The position numbers and the translations under genes are program-made. A stretch of DNA of 64,000 nt from NCBI GenBank assembly GCA_965652295.1, contig CBFGTS010000007.1, forward strand, positions 64,001 to 128,000, given 5' to 3'. This document shows, piece by piece, positions 31,001 through 38,416 of this stretch; position 1 is the stretch's first letter; each line of letters starts with the position of its first letter. Origin of the DNA: an uncultured Haloferula sp. (GTDB lineage: Bacteria > Verrucomicrobiota > Verrucomicrobiia > Verrucomicrobiales > Akkermansiaceae). The notes beneath the pieces are model-generated. The model did not search any database. It was not told the origin of the DNA and saw only the letters and a program-made list of their open reading frames with translations.

Positions 31001-31890
31001 TCGCCGTGTTCCCGGGCGAGGGCATCGAGGGCAAAGACCATCTTCGGGAAGTCCTCTTCGGGGAGGGTGGCGAAGGCGTTCACCGCTTCGTCGAGGGAAG
31101 GAAAGGCACGGTGTGCGGCGGCATCCGTGCCGGCGGCCTGCGCCACTGTCGCGAACACCCGGCGGGCGAGAGGAATCACGTCGCCGAACTCCCGCTGGAG
31201 ATGCTCCCGGGTGAAGTAGAGCGTGCGGGCGCTGGCCTCCATCTCCTCCGGCGAGAGTTCCTCGGCGGAAAGCTCCGATTTTGCCACCGTCCATGCTTCC
31301 TGCGGAGTGAGCTTGGTGACGGCCATGCGCGAGCCGAGGTCCTGCATCCGCCGGCGGCGGTCGCGCTCCCGATCCTTCCCGCGCAGGTAGGCGGACATGC
31401 CGGCGTCGAAAGCTTCGTCGGAGGGCTCGTCGATCCCGAGCACCTCCTTCGCCACCTTCATCTGAGGGACGCCGGTGCGGAGCTCTTCGGGTGTGGCGCC
31501 GGTGATGTCCTGGACGAAGAGGTCGCGTGCGAGCTTGGGACGAAGTTCTTCCCGCGGAATCAGCTCGGCAGCGCGCTCGAATCCGTCGAGGAAGCCGCGC
31601 TTCTTCGCCACCTCCGCGAAGCTGGCGTCGTGACCGAGAGCGAGCCAGTCGTCGAGCGTCTCATTTTCGCGCTCGGCGCGGCGCCGGGCCTCGACGGTCT
31701 CGGCATGAGAGAACAGCGGCCGACGGCGGCGCGTCTTCCAGTCCGAGTATTGCCGGAGGTTCTCGCGAAGCTCGTCGGAAGGGGTGGCGGCAAACGAATC
31801 CTGCCATTCCATCGCCGCGGTGTCGGCGGCAACATCGGTGAGGAGGGGATCGGTGAAGTCGATGGCGACGGAATCGAGCGTGGTGGGCAT
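25054..31890 (-). CDS. Large internal virion/DNA-ejection protein, 2278 aa (T7 gp16-position analogue)
   Basis: Helical and coiled-coil throughout, with Gly/Ala-rich hydrophobic segments near aa 470-600 and in the C-terminal 500 aa; last of three ejection-type genes. ORF certain, function inferred. Confidence 0.75.
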   Translation of the reverse strand: MPTTLDSVAIDFTDPLLTDVAADTAAMEWQDSFAATPSDELRENLRQYSDWKTRRRRPLFSHAETVEARRRAERENETLDDWLALGHDASFAEVAKKRGFLDGFERAAELIPREELRPKLARDLFVQDITGATPEELRTGVPQMKVAKEVLGIDEPSDEAFDAGMSAYLRGKDRERDRRRRMQDLGSRMAVTKLTPQEAWTVAKSELSAEELSPEEMEASARTLYFTREHLQREFGDVIPLARRVFATVAQAAGTDAAAHRAFPSLDEAVNAFATLPEEDFPKMVFALDALAREHGEDVDGFFRKVAGSFDRGMEAYGISLDTFMRGRQAAEIRKLVEEDAPIYVPVEEARTPRDAALNVLGNLARGQGIGEYGLHADRDKERRLLTAPERLMLDQFATHLTRLQSAKQVLKDYKGEVSRIQSENMLAQGVYDATQSLPYMGAAFAGPIGTVLNGAVYSEDNFRQLKAQHPDVDDATLRNVADAAAVPMAAIERFQAKTLFGKFPGANKLLKGLAGGGFLKRTAVTTAAEFGQENVQNAMLPVARELAERITDDSGLDASFRGEMKELAEQAPRTFFAILPLSVLGAGGATVADRFRRNHLDAMMADRKGMQALAFTDEEIDSVTALEGTEEKVERFQEIYRGKTAEQRQQATESVMESATEGSMLPVVRPRAEGGFEVSYPDGTTETAATEEEAVSAHSTWIAQHFEEARRVSEEALSEEDIEGAFEEEQARFQEARPGVEVTESEAATIGGLRRSGQVTISQAWQRVRDYAAQTGTSLEGFTPSDFDQFTVRGSADAEARFANGVLEGAITLAKGEKDVAALWEEQAETYMHAQLNEGGRWSESELLTELRRVERQTGKQFLAGESRDNLVEGFSYVAREYAAGNFADLNFGEKLKRFLNLMAEKIAAMFTLSKDLRRLSQGGELSPALESTIRESLGFDGNQETEMERLRTDAEARMVAENVEPPAGETLSISRDGESLFSLANLIAVKSGGVSSRAKVWKTMAREVRGVRQRSEKRGPSGMDAEAAERSLAELDLQEELDSQESAQRLETDLAGIEVQREEERNTHTRNLEQLDHDEETAIQSEGERLLAKWGPERKQQARTAMAEARKTVAARFKGLRDKERARHRAEMTKLATRERERRREAKRREEAIGRRGKAGEDSIRAQADEFTKRQARFEQLQDIATLEAIARALPAAVRGKLSTSFRKLAELRTSEARGEYLVSLLPKIEQALESHLQTLYRTAIRKEVAKGEAKLSDARTRGGKIGAVGHAVLDQVKVAMPLEPEAATFRGEVLQQMLENAGIANPTAEQKSVMDPWAVALNESLVGGESLTVEQIEELDGRIAALELFGDYQNADSARLEEALAFLQGVYTDGRREWVEVLVARRELRDARVKKLREGLKMDRPIEDRDRSRRVRADESKLRRLGEGLMGAMIGGSQTFRRLAELSEDPEVSTLVEEMEWDFAAAEIDQQERDLKDSEEVSQALRAILGARSRHGLAKRLHELSSNDKQTPVPVSKIEGRRTVTISVPVKFAEAIVNGEAGGFDTRSGERVELSARQVKALATELEAFLDLPEPERVRRRSIPVTTVEAAGERKSIGPVSQLEALQLYLTMRQPDQAEKLEGLGYDAETMAELEAFLEPQTKALGAWMTDYLAADQMAIDALHRTEKGIGLRLVERYFPVRNDVALSTTGEIALDGGGIQHTGRSISFTKQRVTNSAPPDYINALAVFLAHRQQTNFWLSHVSALREWGGVLRDERLSGSIKARMGSAFHEALQRRFRRIEAGGSLRANSLLWIERAVKSVVRNFAIGVLGGRVSTLVANTSAVANVTYEVPYGELLAGMRDVIANPAAFRDAWKSPAIQRRLKGGATFEAQLAKSRGPTAKPLMAVADAAAMPAMEAINIVDTGANTVAAAFIWERTRKQSLADGLSEEQARAAADRKVDVVLLRAAQPTLRFAKSEFELMMLESPLSLPFALFISERRKNTAITFMAVRELLTGKGTYGRGMAAQQAFAGLVVMPALVTALGSMWAATAKGKDDEEESWWARYKDRMTDPKAWAYALSTEHLRSVPVLGEGAAATAAGAFDSDAAEWIIENTLPADFAERWQESEVRYFDSNPNPLVRAGRQAFRSGDIFAADATVEERADAAIDSVQAWGTLIPGAAVAAQAANLGESVLGAYNTAGGSLSEADRIELLKARFSKFSRDLDDTLGPSTREDGKPDKKVRRAKRDAKADKLASILAPMDESQREAFLEALSSAHASQEVRKRAGKLLRHRSQ

Positions 31891-31956
31891 GAGAACGAAG
31901 AGGTGTGGGGACGAAGGCAGGGGGCGGAAGGTGAGATGAGCGACGAGACCAGCTCT

Positions 31957-33837
31957 CTACCACCCACGGCGGAAGAGTTTGCTCTCGGCGATGCGGCGGC
32001 GCTCCAAGCCACGCAGGCGCTTCCCGCTGGCATTGCGGTAGAGGAGGATCTTGCTCGCGATTTCCGCCTTGCTGCGGGTGCCACCGGCGAGGAGCTGGCG
32101 AATCTTGCCAGTGTTGAAGTCGAAGCTCGTGAGGGCATCGAGTTCGTGCGGCTCGAACTCGATACCGACCCGTGCGGCCTCGTCTTCGACCCGCTTCCGG
32201 TGCTGGGAGAGTTCGACGTCGAGACGCCGCGCGGCTTCGGCCTTGTCGATGACCTCGCCGGGTTGCGCCTTGGTCCCGTAACCAATGCTCCACTGGCCGT
32301 GGTCCCAATAGGCTTTGCGGTGAAAGCCCTCGGCCTCTCCACCGGCCTCGAACTGCTTCACCATGTCCTTGAGGCTTCCGCCGACTGGCTGATCGGGGGT
32401 GGCGTCTCGCGCGCCGGGCGGCCCGCCGGCTTCTCCCAGCATCTCCGAGAGCGAGCGCCGACGTTCCTCGACAGGCACGGAGCCTCCAGAGAGGACCGAT
32501 CCGGCGATCTCATCCATCGCCACCTTCCGGAACTGCTGATCGAAATCCTTGGCCTCGGGGTTGTCGCGCAACCATTCGGTCATCCGTTCCTCGACCCTCT
32601 CACGACGGCGGAGGATCTCGGTTTCCCGCTCGGCATACTCGAAGGGCGATAGCTCCTCGTCTTCGTCAATCGATCCGAACGCGCCGGCCTTCTGATAGAC
32701 CGCTGAGAGCTTCGAAATCTCCCGCTCGCGGCTCTGATCGCGCGCCTCCTGAAGGTTCTTGCCGTTCCAGGCAGCCGGGTCGAGAGCATGAACACGTTGC
32801 CGGAGCGCACCGGACCCGTCTCGGGCACCCATGGCATACACGACCTGGGCCACTTCGTCGTGAGCCGCCCGGTAGTCATCCAGGTTCATTTCTCCCGACT
32901 TGTAGGCGTCATGGAGTTCGTTGAGCTGGTCGGTGATCGCGAAACGGGATTCGGCATCGACCGGCTGTGCCTGTTGGAAGTTGAACAGCAGCTCATCATG
33001 CAAGGCCTCCTCGATGTAGGGACTCCTCTCCAATTGTCGGCGCAATTCTTCCTCGGTCGAGACTTCCCCGGTCTCAATCGCCGTGGAGATCGCCTTGAGC
33101 TGCTCTTTCTGAAAGGCCTGAACATCCGCCTCAAGCCCACGAACGAGGCGCTCCCGGTCCACCTCGGAAATTCCTGGGGTGTTGGTTACAAAATCTGGTG
33201 TCCTCACTTCTTCCAGAAGAGCCCTCGGGTCTTCCTCCCGACGTTGCGAAAGCTCTCTGAGAGTCGCCATCCGCAGCCCCTCCCGCTGGAGCCGATCCCG
33301 ATCGGCCTCCCCAACAAGTCCAGTCGCGATGCCTCGGCTCACGGCTTGTTCGTACTGATTCAGGTCTCCACGCGACGCATGGTAGTTCAGCTCTCCCGCG
33401 AACTTCGCCTGCGAGTTCTGATATATTTTGCGGGCCGCCAAGCCTTCAAATTGAAGCGTCTTCCGGACTGCCCATCCTTCGAACTCACCAAGGGCCTTTC
33501 CCTGAGCTTCGGGGGAGAGTTCAAGCGTTGCGAGCTGGTTTCGCATCTGGGAGATCATCTGAGCCGAATCCCCCTTCCAATTCTCCGGATCTTGCCGACT
33601 GATCAAGCCGTCCTCAAAACGTGAAGCCTCCATTGAGGCTTGCCGCATGAAGGCAGAGATTTTGCCTCCCTCCTCGGCGACGCGGATTTCCTCGGCAAGC
33701 TGAAAGCCCTTGTCCCCAACGGCAGCAATGGTCTGCCCGAATTGGGCCATGGCCTTGCCTCTGGCCATGGCGACAGAGGGATCGGCTCGCGGCATAGCTG
33801 GGCCCGCGGACAGGTATTGAGTTGGCGGAAGTGGCAT
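31957..33837 (-). CDS. Internal virion protein with C-terminal GH24 lysozyme domain, 626 aa
   Basis: EGFHRKAYWDHGQWSIGYG, DALTSFDFNTG, GLERRRIAESKLF; amphipathic N-terminus GKAMAQFGQTIAAVG. Confidence 0.8.
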   Translation of the reverse strand: MPLPPTQYLSAGPAMPRADPSVAMARGKAMAQFGQTIAAVGDKGFQLAEEIRVAEEGGKISAFMRQASMEASRFEDGLISRQDPENWKGDSAQMISQMRNQLATLELSPEAQGKALGEFEGWAVRKTLQFEGLAARKIYQNSQAKFAGELNYHASRGDLNQYEQAVSRGIATGLVGEADRDRLQREGLRMATLRELSQRREEDPRALLEEVRTPDFVTNTPGISEVDRERLVRGLEADVQAFQKEQLKAISTAIETGEVSTEEELRRQLERSPYIEEALHDELLFNFQQAQPVDAESRFAITDQLNELHDAYKSGEMNLDDYRAAHDEVAQVVYAMGARDGSGALRQRVHALDPAAWNGKNLQEARDQSREREISKLSAVYQKAGAFGSIDEDEELSPFEYAERETEILRRRERVEERMTEWLRDNPEAKDFDQQFRKVAMDEIAGSVLSGGSVPVEERRRSLSEMLGEAGGPPGARDATPDQPVGGSLKDMVKQFEAGGEAEGFHRKAYWDHGQWSIGYGTKAQPGEVIDKAEAARRLDVELSQHRKRVEDEAARVGIEFEPHELDALTSFDFNTGKIRQLLAGGTRSKAEIASKILLYRNASGKRLRGLERRRIAESKLFRRGW

Positions 33838-33839
33838 GG

Positions 33840-34352
33840 TTAGTTGATGGCAGTGGTGGATTTTGGGGAGCGTTTGAGCTTCCCAGAAGAGGTGAGGTAG
33901 CCGGAGGTGGCGGAAGAAACTCCCTGCAGGGCGGTGGCATAACTCTGCGTTCTCAGGGCTGCTGCTTCGTTTTCACCCTGCCAGATGTCCATCTGTGCGC
34001 CTTGAATCAGAGCCCGGTAGCGATTCGAGGCCTCAAAGGACATGTCCTGAATGTCGCGATCCAGCATGGCGGCCGTTTCTCCCAATACCGCCAATGGAGT
34101 ACCCTCCATCGTCAGTCCGCTCGCCGCATTGGCGGCCCGGATTCGCGCAAGTTCGCGGTTGTTCTCTCGGGCTTTGCGGCGGGCATTCTCGGCGACCACT
34201 TTGTTCTCCTGGTCGGCCTGCTGGCGCTGGAGTTCCGAGTTGTAGCGGGCTGAGTTTTCGGCGGCCTTGGCGGCGTTCTGCTGGCCTTGGACGGAGACAG
34301 CCGTACCGGCGAGGGAAACGACAGTGGAGATGCCGATGATCCAGTAGCTCAT
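33840..34352 (-). CDS. T7 gp14-like internal virion (ejection) protein, 170 aa
   Basis: Hydrophobic N-terminus, QQNAAKAAE coiled coil, AASGLTMEGTPLAVLGET motif, Gly/Ser-rich C-terminus. Confidence 0.8.
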   Translation of the reverse strand: MSYWIIGISTVVSLAGTAVSVQGQQNAAKAAENSARYNSELQRQQADQENKVVAENARRKARENNRELARIRAANAASGLTMEGTPLAVLGETAAMLDRDIQDMSFEASNRYRALIQGAQMDIWQGENEAAALRTQSYATALQGVSSATSGYLTSSGKLKRSPKSTTAIN

Positions 34353-34837
34353 GATTGGGGAAGGTTATGTGGCTGGGACGCCCATCCGTGGGAGAGCGCC
34401 GGGTGATTTTCCGGAAGAAGGGAGTTCTGGTGAGGTTCCAGAATTTGCTCCCCGATTTTGAGAATATCGGTCTCCTCGGTGACGTGAAAGGTGGTCCAGA
34501 TGGTGTCGTCGAGAGCGTAAAGCATGCGGCGCGTTCCTGGTTCAGTGACACCGGTGAAAGGCGCGGCGTATTCGACGTGCTCCGTCTCGGAGATGACGCG
34601 GATCCGCCCGGCGGAAATCACGAACGGATGCCGGGTCTTGTGGGTGGCCGAGGTGAGGAGGGCTCCTTTGGGAATGTGGCACTCCCGAATATAGAGACCT
34701 GGAGTGAAACGATGGACGACGTGGATTGCAGCGTGTTCAGCCCCATTGGCGATGCTGTTTGCCATCGCTGCCTCAAGCTCGTCGATCGAGTCTCCCGCCA
34801 CCTTCGATGGCTTCTGGCGTGGATTTAGGGAGTTCAT
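34349..34837 (-). CDS. Phage cupin-like protein, 162 aa
   Basis: HRFTPGLYIRECHIPKG...HKTRH...PGTRRMLYALDDTIWTTFH. Confidence 0.75.
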   Translation of the reverse strand: MNSLNPRQKPSKVAGDSIDELEAAMANSIANGAEHAAIHVVHRFTPGLYIRECHIPKGALLTSATHKTRHPFVISAGRIRVISETEHVEYAAPFTGVTEPGTRRMLYALDDTIWTTFHVTEETDILKIGEQILEPHQNSLLPENHPALSHGWASQPHNLPQS

Positions 34838-35100
34838 GATTTCAGGAATTTCGAGAGTTCTTCCGTCCCCTTGGAAGTCAGGGAATAGATGGTCTTGCCG
34901 CCGGACTTCACGGCCTCCGCCAACCCCTCCGCCAGAAGGTGGTTCTGGAGGCAATTCCAGATGCCTGAGGTGCTGCCGCCGGTGCGTTCGACGAGCTGGG
35001 CGTATGAGACGTCACCTGTGCCGATCTCAAGCAGCACGAGCAGCTCCAGGTCGCTCCAGCGGCGGCGGAACTTCCGTTGGATAATCGATTTCAGTTTCAT
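34834..35100 (-). CDS. Winged-helix DNA-binding protein (ArsR/MarR/PadR-like), 88 aa
   Basis: VSYAQLVERTGGSTSGIWNCL...IYSLTSKG. Confidence 0.75.
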   Translation of the reverse strand: MKLKSIIQRKFRRRWSDLELLVLLEIGTGDVSYAQLVERTGGSTSGIWNCLQNHLLAEGLAEAVKSGGKTIYSLTSKGTEELSKFLKS

Positions 35101-35363
35101 CCGCAGGCGGCGTGAAATTGACGGTGAAACGCGAACATCCTTTCCCGGCTTTCGCGGACGGTTTGAACGAGGTCTTCGGCCTGGGCGTCCGTGTGCTCGA
35201 AAATCGCCGCCTCGAAGCATCTCGGGCACTCGTTCGTCTCGATGCTCCCTAGCTTCAGGATGTCCGGGCGAAGTAGATCCGTTCGGCAAACTGCGAAGGC
35301 CTTCCCGCAGGTCTCGCACTCGTAATATCGGATGGCACCGTGGTAGGAAGGTGGCGTGGTCAT
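35097..35363 (-). CDS. Zinc-ribbon protein, 88 aa
   Basis: CETC...CPRC; ATGA overlaps at both ends. Confidence 0.65.
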   Translation of the reverse strand: MTTPPSYHGAIRYYECETCGKAFAVCRTDLLRPDILKLGSIETNECPRCFEAAIFEHTDAQAEDLVQTVRESRERMFAFHRQFHAACG

Positions 35364-36235
35364 GGTTCGCGGCAGAGGGCTAGAGCTTCCTCGGTGGTGA
35401 GGGTTTCGCAGTCGTCGGGCTCGATCTTTGATGAAATCGGAACTGATTGGGCGCGGGAGTCCCACCAGCTCTTGCCGGTGCTGCGCCACCACGGGCGGAT
35501 TTTCTGAATGGCCTCGAAATATTGGCGGAGAAACTCGCCTCGATCGCGGGGCCAGAGCTTTCGGCCGCGAACGCGGTCGGTTGCCTCATTCCACGCGAGG
35601 ATGGCCGACCAATCGTCCGGGGCATGGTCCTGGAGGTGGGGGAGGATGAGACGGAAGTCGGCTCGCTCAGCCGGAGAGAGAGCCGGGGGAGCATCGGAGA
35701 AGCACCGGCAGAGATGGTCGAGGATCTCGCAGGGCACTCCGAGAGCATCGGCCGACGAAGTCGGGGGGGTGGGGGCACACGTTCCCTCCCCCGTTCCCTT
35801 TGGGTTCCTTTTGGGATCGTAGGCAGAATCCTTCCGGGGTGGGGGGTAGGATTCTTCCGGGGTGGGGGGCTGTTTTCTGCCGGGGGTGGTGACAGAATCC
35901 TTCCGGGGTGCTGTTTTCTTCACCCCGGCAGAATCCTTCCGGGGTGATTTCATGGATTCCGCGCGGTTTTTCAAAAAATCCATTTCCACGCGGTAAACGG
36001 TTGTTCTGCCTGGGCGCTCTCTCAGCACGGAAAGCTCTCCGCTCTCCAACAGAGCGCGGAGGTGGACACGCACGCCACGCTCGCTTTCCAGCCCGCATTT
36101 CAGCGCCATCGTGGTGAGGCTTGGCCAAGCGTTCCCCTCATCATTGGCGCAGTCCGCCAGCGCCAGCAACACGAGCTTCCGTGCCCCTTTCGCGCGACTG
36201 CCGAACCATACTGCCGTGGTGGCGGCCACGCTCAT
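35360..36235 (-). CDS. Phage-type replication initiator (N-terminal HTH_36-like domain), 291 aa
   Basis: KLVLLALADCANDEGNAWPSLTTMALKCG; iterons lie inside the linker-coding region. Confidence 0.85.
   Translation of the reverse strand: MSVAATTAVWFGSRAKGARKLVLLALADCANDEGNAWPSLTTMALKCGLESERGVRVHLRALLESGELSVLRERPGRTTVYRVEMDFLKNRAESMKSPRKDSAGVKKTAPRKDSVTTPGRKQPPTPEESYPPPRKDSAYDPKRNPKGTGEGTCAPTPPTSSADALGVPCEILDHLCRCFSDAPPALSPAERADFRLILPHLQDHAPDDWSAILAWNEATDRVRGRKLWPRDRGEFLRQYFEAIQKIRPWWRSTGKSWWDSRAQSVPISSKIEPDDCETLTTEEALALCREP
35824..35946. repeat. Iterons CAGAATCCTTCCGGGGTG; putative replication origin
   Basis: Exact copies at 35824, 35893 and 35929; variants at 35847 and 35870; the first four are at 23-bp intervals. 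Confidence 0.8.
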
Positions 36236-36501
36236 GATTCGTGTGAATCGGGGGTTGAAAGGAGTCGGTAGCTGGAACGGATCCGGCGGCCTTTCATTCG
36301 CTGCTGGAGGTTCTCTATCCGCCACCCATAGGGTTTCCTCAATTTTGCGACGGAGGAATGAACGGCGCCGTTGCAGGATTTGCGCATGAGCACATCGAGG
36401 CCGACGGGATCGGGATAGGCTTCCTCGAGGAGTTCGAGAACGGTGGCGCATTGGGTTCCTTTATTCGGGCGGCGAGGTTGGTAATCTGATTGTTCGGACA
36501 T
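36232..36501 (-). CDS. Winged-HTH protein, 89 aa
   Basis: TQCATVLELL...AVHSSVAKLRKPYGWRIEN...SSYRL. Confidence 0.7.
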   Translation of the reverse strand: MSEQSDYQPRRPNKGTQCATVLELLEEAYPDPVGLDVLMRKSCNGAVHSSVAKLRKPYGWRIENLQQRMKGRRIRSSYRLLSTPDSHES

Positions 36502-36589
36502 GGTCGTTTGTAGTTGCGACCAGCTCCTGAGAATGGTTCCCTGCGGTTGCGACGGCGGGGGCCGGTTCTCTTCGGAGGCCGGTCTTTTG

Positions 36590-36835
36590 CTATCCGTGCG
36601 TGGCGATTTTGATTTCGGAGGATTTCCCGATTCCGGCTTCAATGAAGCGATCAAGGGACTGGCGACAGATCAGCCGGCGACCTCGGCTTGCTCCCGGAGC
36701 GCGGACTGTCGAGGAGACGATCAAGCGATCGTTGATGTAGTTCCGGAGCGTCCGGATGTTGAGACCGGAATAGATCGCAGCGTCCTGCATCGTGAGCCAG
36801 CGACGCTCCGTCTGGCAGTGTTGGGGGTTAGGCAT
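36590..36835 (-). CDS. Excisionase/AlpA-like HTH protein
   Basis: WLTMQDAAIYSGLNIRTLRNYI...RRLICRQSLDRFI. Confidence 0.85.
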   Translation of the reverse strand: MPNPQHCQTERRWLTMQDAAIYSGLNIRTLRNYINDRLIVSSTVRAPGASRGRRLICRQSLDRFIEAGIGKSSEIKIATHG

Positions 36836-36904
36836 GCGCTAACCATGCCCGTCGATTCCTTCGAAATACCTGAGACGTTCAGAGATGAACTCTCATGTGT
36901 TGAA

Positions 36905-37750
36905 TCACTGGGAAAGCGACTTCACCTCGTTGCCCAGCGTCACAATAAATCCCCGATCCATCTTCCTGTTGTGATTGGGGGGGCCTTCGTATCCAATGAG
37001 CTTGAAAGCCTTGGTGTAGGGCGCTTGATCGTCGGTTGCCGGCATTTTGTCCGGATATGCGGTCTCAAGAAACACCTTGAATTCGGCCTTCGTTGGAAGC
37101 CGGCGGAGGCGGTCCTCAAGCCACGGGACCCAGCGTAGGACCTCAGCGGCGATGCGCATGTGATGGGGCGGAGCGATCTCATCCGCGGCGCGAATGATCC
37201 GAAGGGTGGAACTCAGGGCCTCCATGCGAGGAACGTCCAAGCAAAAGACTGCTCGGAGCATCATGGCTTCCATTATTCCTCGGGCGAGGATCCTCACGCC
37301 TTGATCCCGCTTCGTATTTTTGGGGCCTCTCGGCGAAAGGATCTCTGGATAGAGGAAGGCATCCAGTACCGGGAGCCACTCCGGCATGTGGGGTGAGAAG
37401 GTTCCCTTTTTTCCGGTGGCTGAGAGTGTCACGTATGCGAGACGCCGCCGCACTCGCTCGATGTCTTTGCAGCGCTGAGCCGAATCCTCTTTTCTGAACG
37501 CCTCAACAATCTTGTTTGCCAGCTCGTTGCGACTGAGGGCGGCGGCTTCATTGACCACTCCGCCCGTGAGGAGCCGGAACGCGAAGTAGGAAATCAGCTC
37601 GGGGCTCGGTATCGGGAGCGATCCATCGTGAAGCCAATCGTTGAGAAGAATCTCCGCGGCACGGGGGTGATTGACGAAGCTCTCCACCTCCTGAAGGAGC
37701 TTTTGCCCCTGGTCGGTGAGGGTGGAATCGAAAGAGAGCTGGGCCTTCAT
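36905..37750 (-). CDS. Hypothetical protein, 281 aa
   Basis: Open frame starting 7 nt after the hicB stop; no motif recognised. Confidence 0.7.
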   Translation of the reverse strand: MKAQLSFDSTLTDQGQKLLQEVESFVNHPRAAEILLNDWLHDGSLPIPSPELISYFAFRLLTGGVVNEAAALSRNELANKIVEAFRKEDSAQRCKDIERVRRRLAYVTLSATGKKGTFSPHMPEWLPVLDAFLYPEILSPRGPKNTKRDQGVRILARGIMEAMMLRAVFCLDVPRMEALSSTLRIIRAADEIAPPHHMRIAAEVLRWVPWLEDRLRRLPTKAEFKVFLETAYPDKMPATDDQAPYTKAFKLIGYEGPPNHNRKMDRGFIVTLGNEVKSLSQ

Positions 37751-37757
37751 CGAAAGC

Positions 37758-38180
37758 TCAAGCGAGCGCTTTGCGGACGCTCCTAGGATCGGAGGCGGCG
37801 AGACGGAGGAGAGTGCGGGCAGCCCCGCTGGGCCGGGACACGTGTTGTTCCCACTTGTGGAGGGTGCGCACGCTCACGTTGAGCAGCCGGGCGAATTCTG
37901 CTTGGGAAAGCCCCATGGCTTTGCGGGTGAGGACCGGGTCCGGGTCGGTCGGTGCGTTGGCCGGAGGTTCAGGGAGCTTGAGCCCTGCTTCGTCCCATTG
38001 CGCCACCGTCTCCTCTGCGAGCCGGTTGAGGGCTCTGAAGACTTCGACCGGATCGTCTCCATGGTCGCAATCGCCGCAGAGACCTTCGATGCTGCCAATG
38101 AAAGCTCCATCCTCGTCGCTCCAACGGACGGACTTCGGGTAGGCGGCGGCGCGTTGCCGGATTTCAGGGGTGATCTTCAT
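37758..38180 (-). CDS. hicB: HicB-like antitoxin with C-terminal XRE HTH
   Basis: WSDEDGAFIGSIEGLCGDCDHGDDPVEV plus GLSQAEFARLLNVSVRTLHKWEQ; ATGA overlap with hicA. Confidence 0.85.
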   Translation of the reverse strand: MKITPEIRQRAAAYPKSVRWSDEDGAFIGSIEGLCGDCDHGDDPVEVFRALNRLAEETVAQWDEAGLKLPEPPANAPTDPDPVLTRKAMGLSQAEFARLLNVSVRTLHKWEQHVSRPSGAARTLLRLAASDPRSVRKALA

Positions 38181-38377
38181 GGCTTGGTTTCTTCGATCTT
38201 CTGTTTCACCTGCCGCTCCAGGTAGGTCTTCGCGTCATCGCCATCCCGGCCTGGGATGATCATGACGGTCCGCCCTTGGTTGGCTTCGAACTTGCGGTGG
38301 CTTCCTTTTCCCCCGGGGACGTGCTGGAAGCCCGCCTTGCGGAGGTCTTTGATGAGATCGCGGATCTTGCGTGGCAT
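38177..38377 (-). CDS. hicA: HicA mRNA-interferase toxin
   Basis: 66 aa, KAGF...GKGSHRKF motif. Confidence 0.9.
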   Translation of the reverse strand: MPRKIRDLIKDLRKAGFQHVPGGKGSHRKFEANQGRTVMIIPGRDGDDAKTYLERQVKQKIEETKP

Positions 38378-38416
38378 GGGTACTATGCCCTAAATGGGCA
38401 GGGTTTCAAGAGGGAA

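Noticed and set aside
25054..31890. Virion RNA polymerase, tape measure or DarB-like enzyme
   Set aside because: No DxDGD-type polymerase, methylase or helicase motifs seen; the neighbours are podovirus ejection-type genes, not siphovirus tail genes.
28339..32652. 1437-aa plus-strand ORF
   Set aside because: Antisense shadow of the ejection genes, typical of high-GC codon bias; no motifs, and it spans two real genes.
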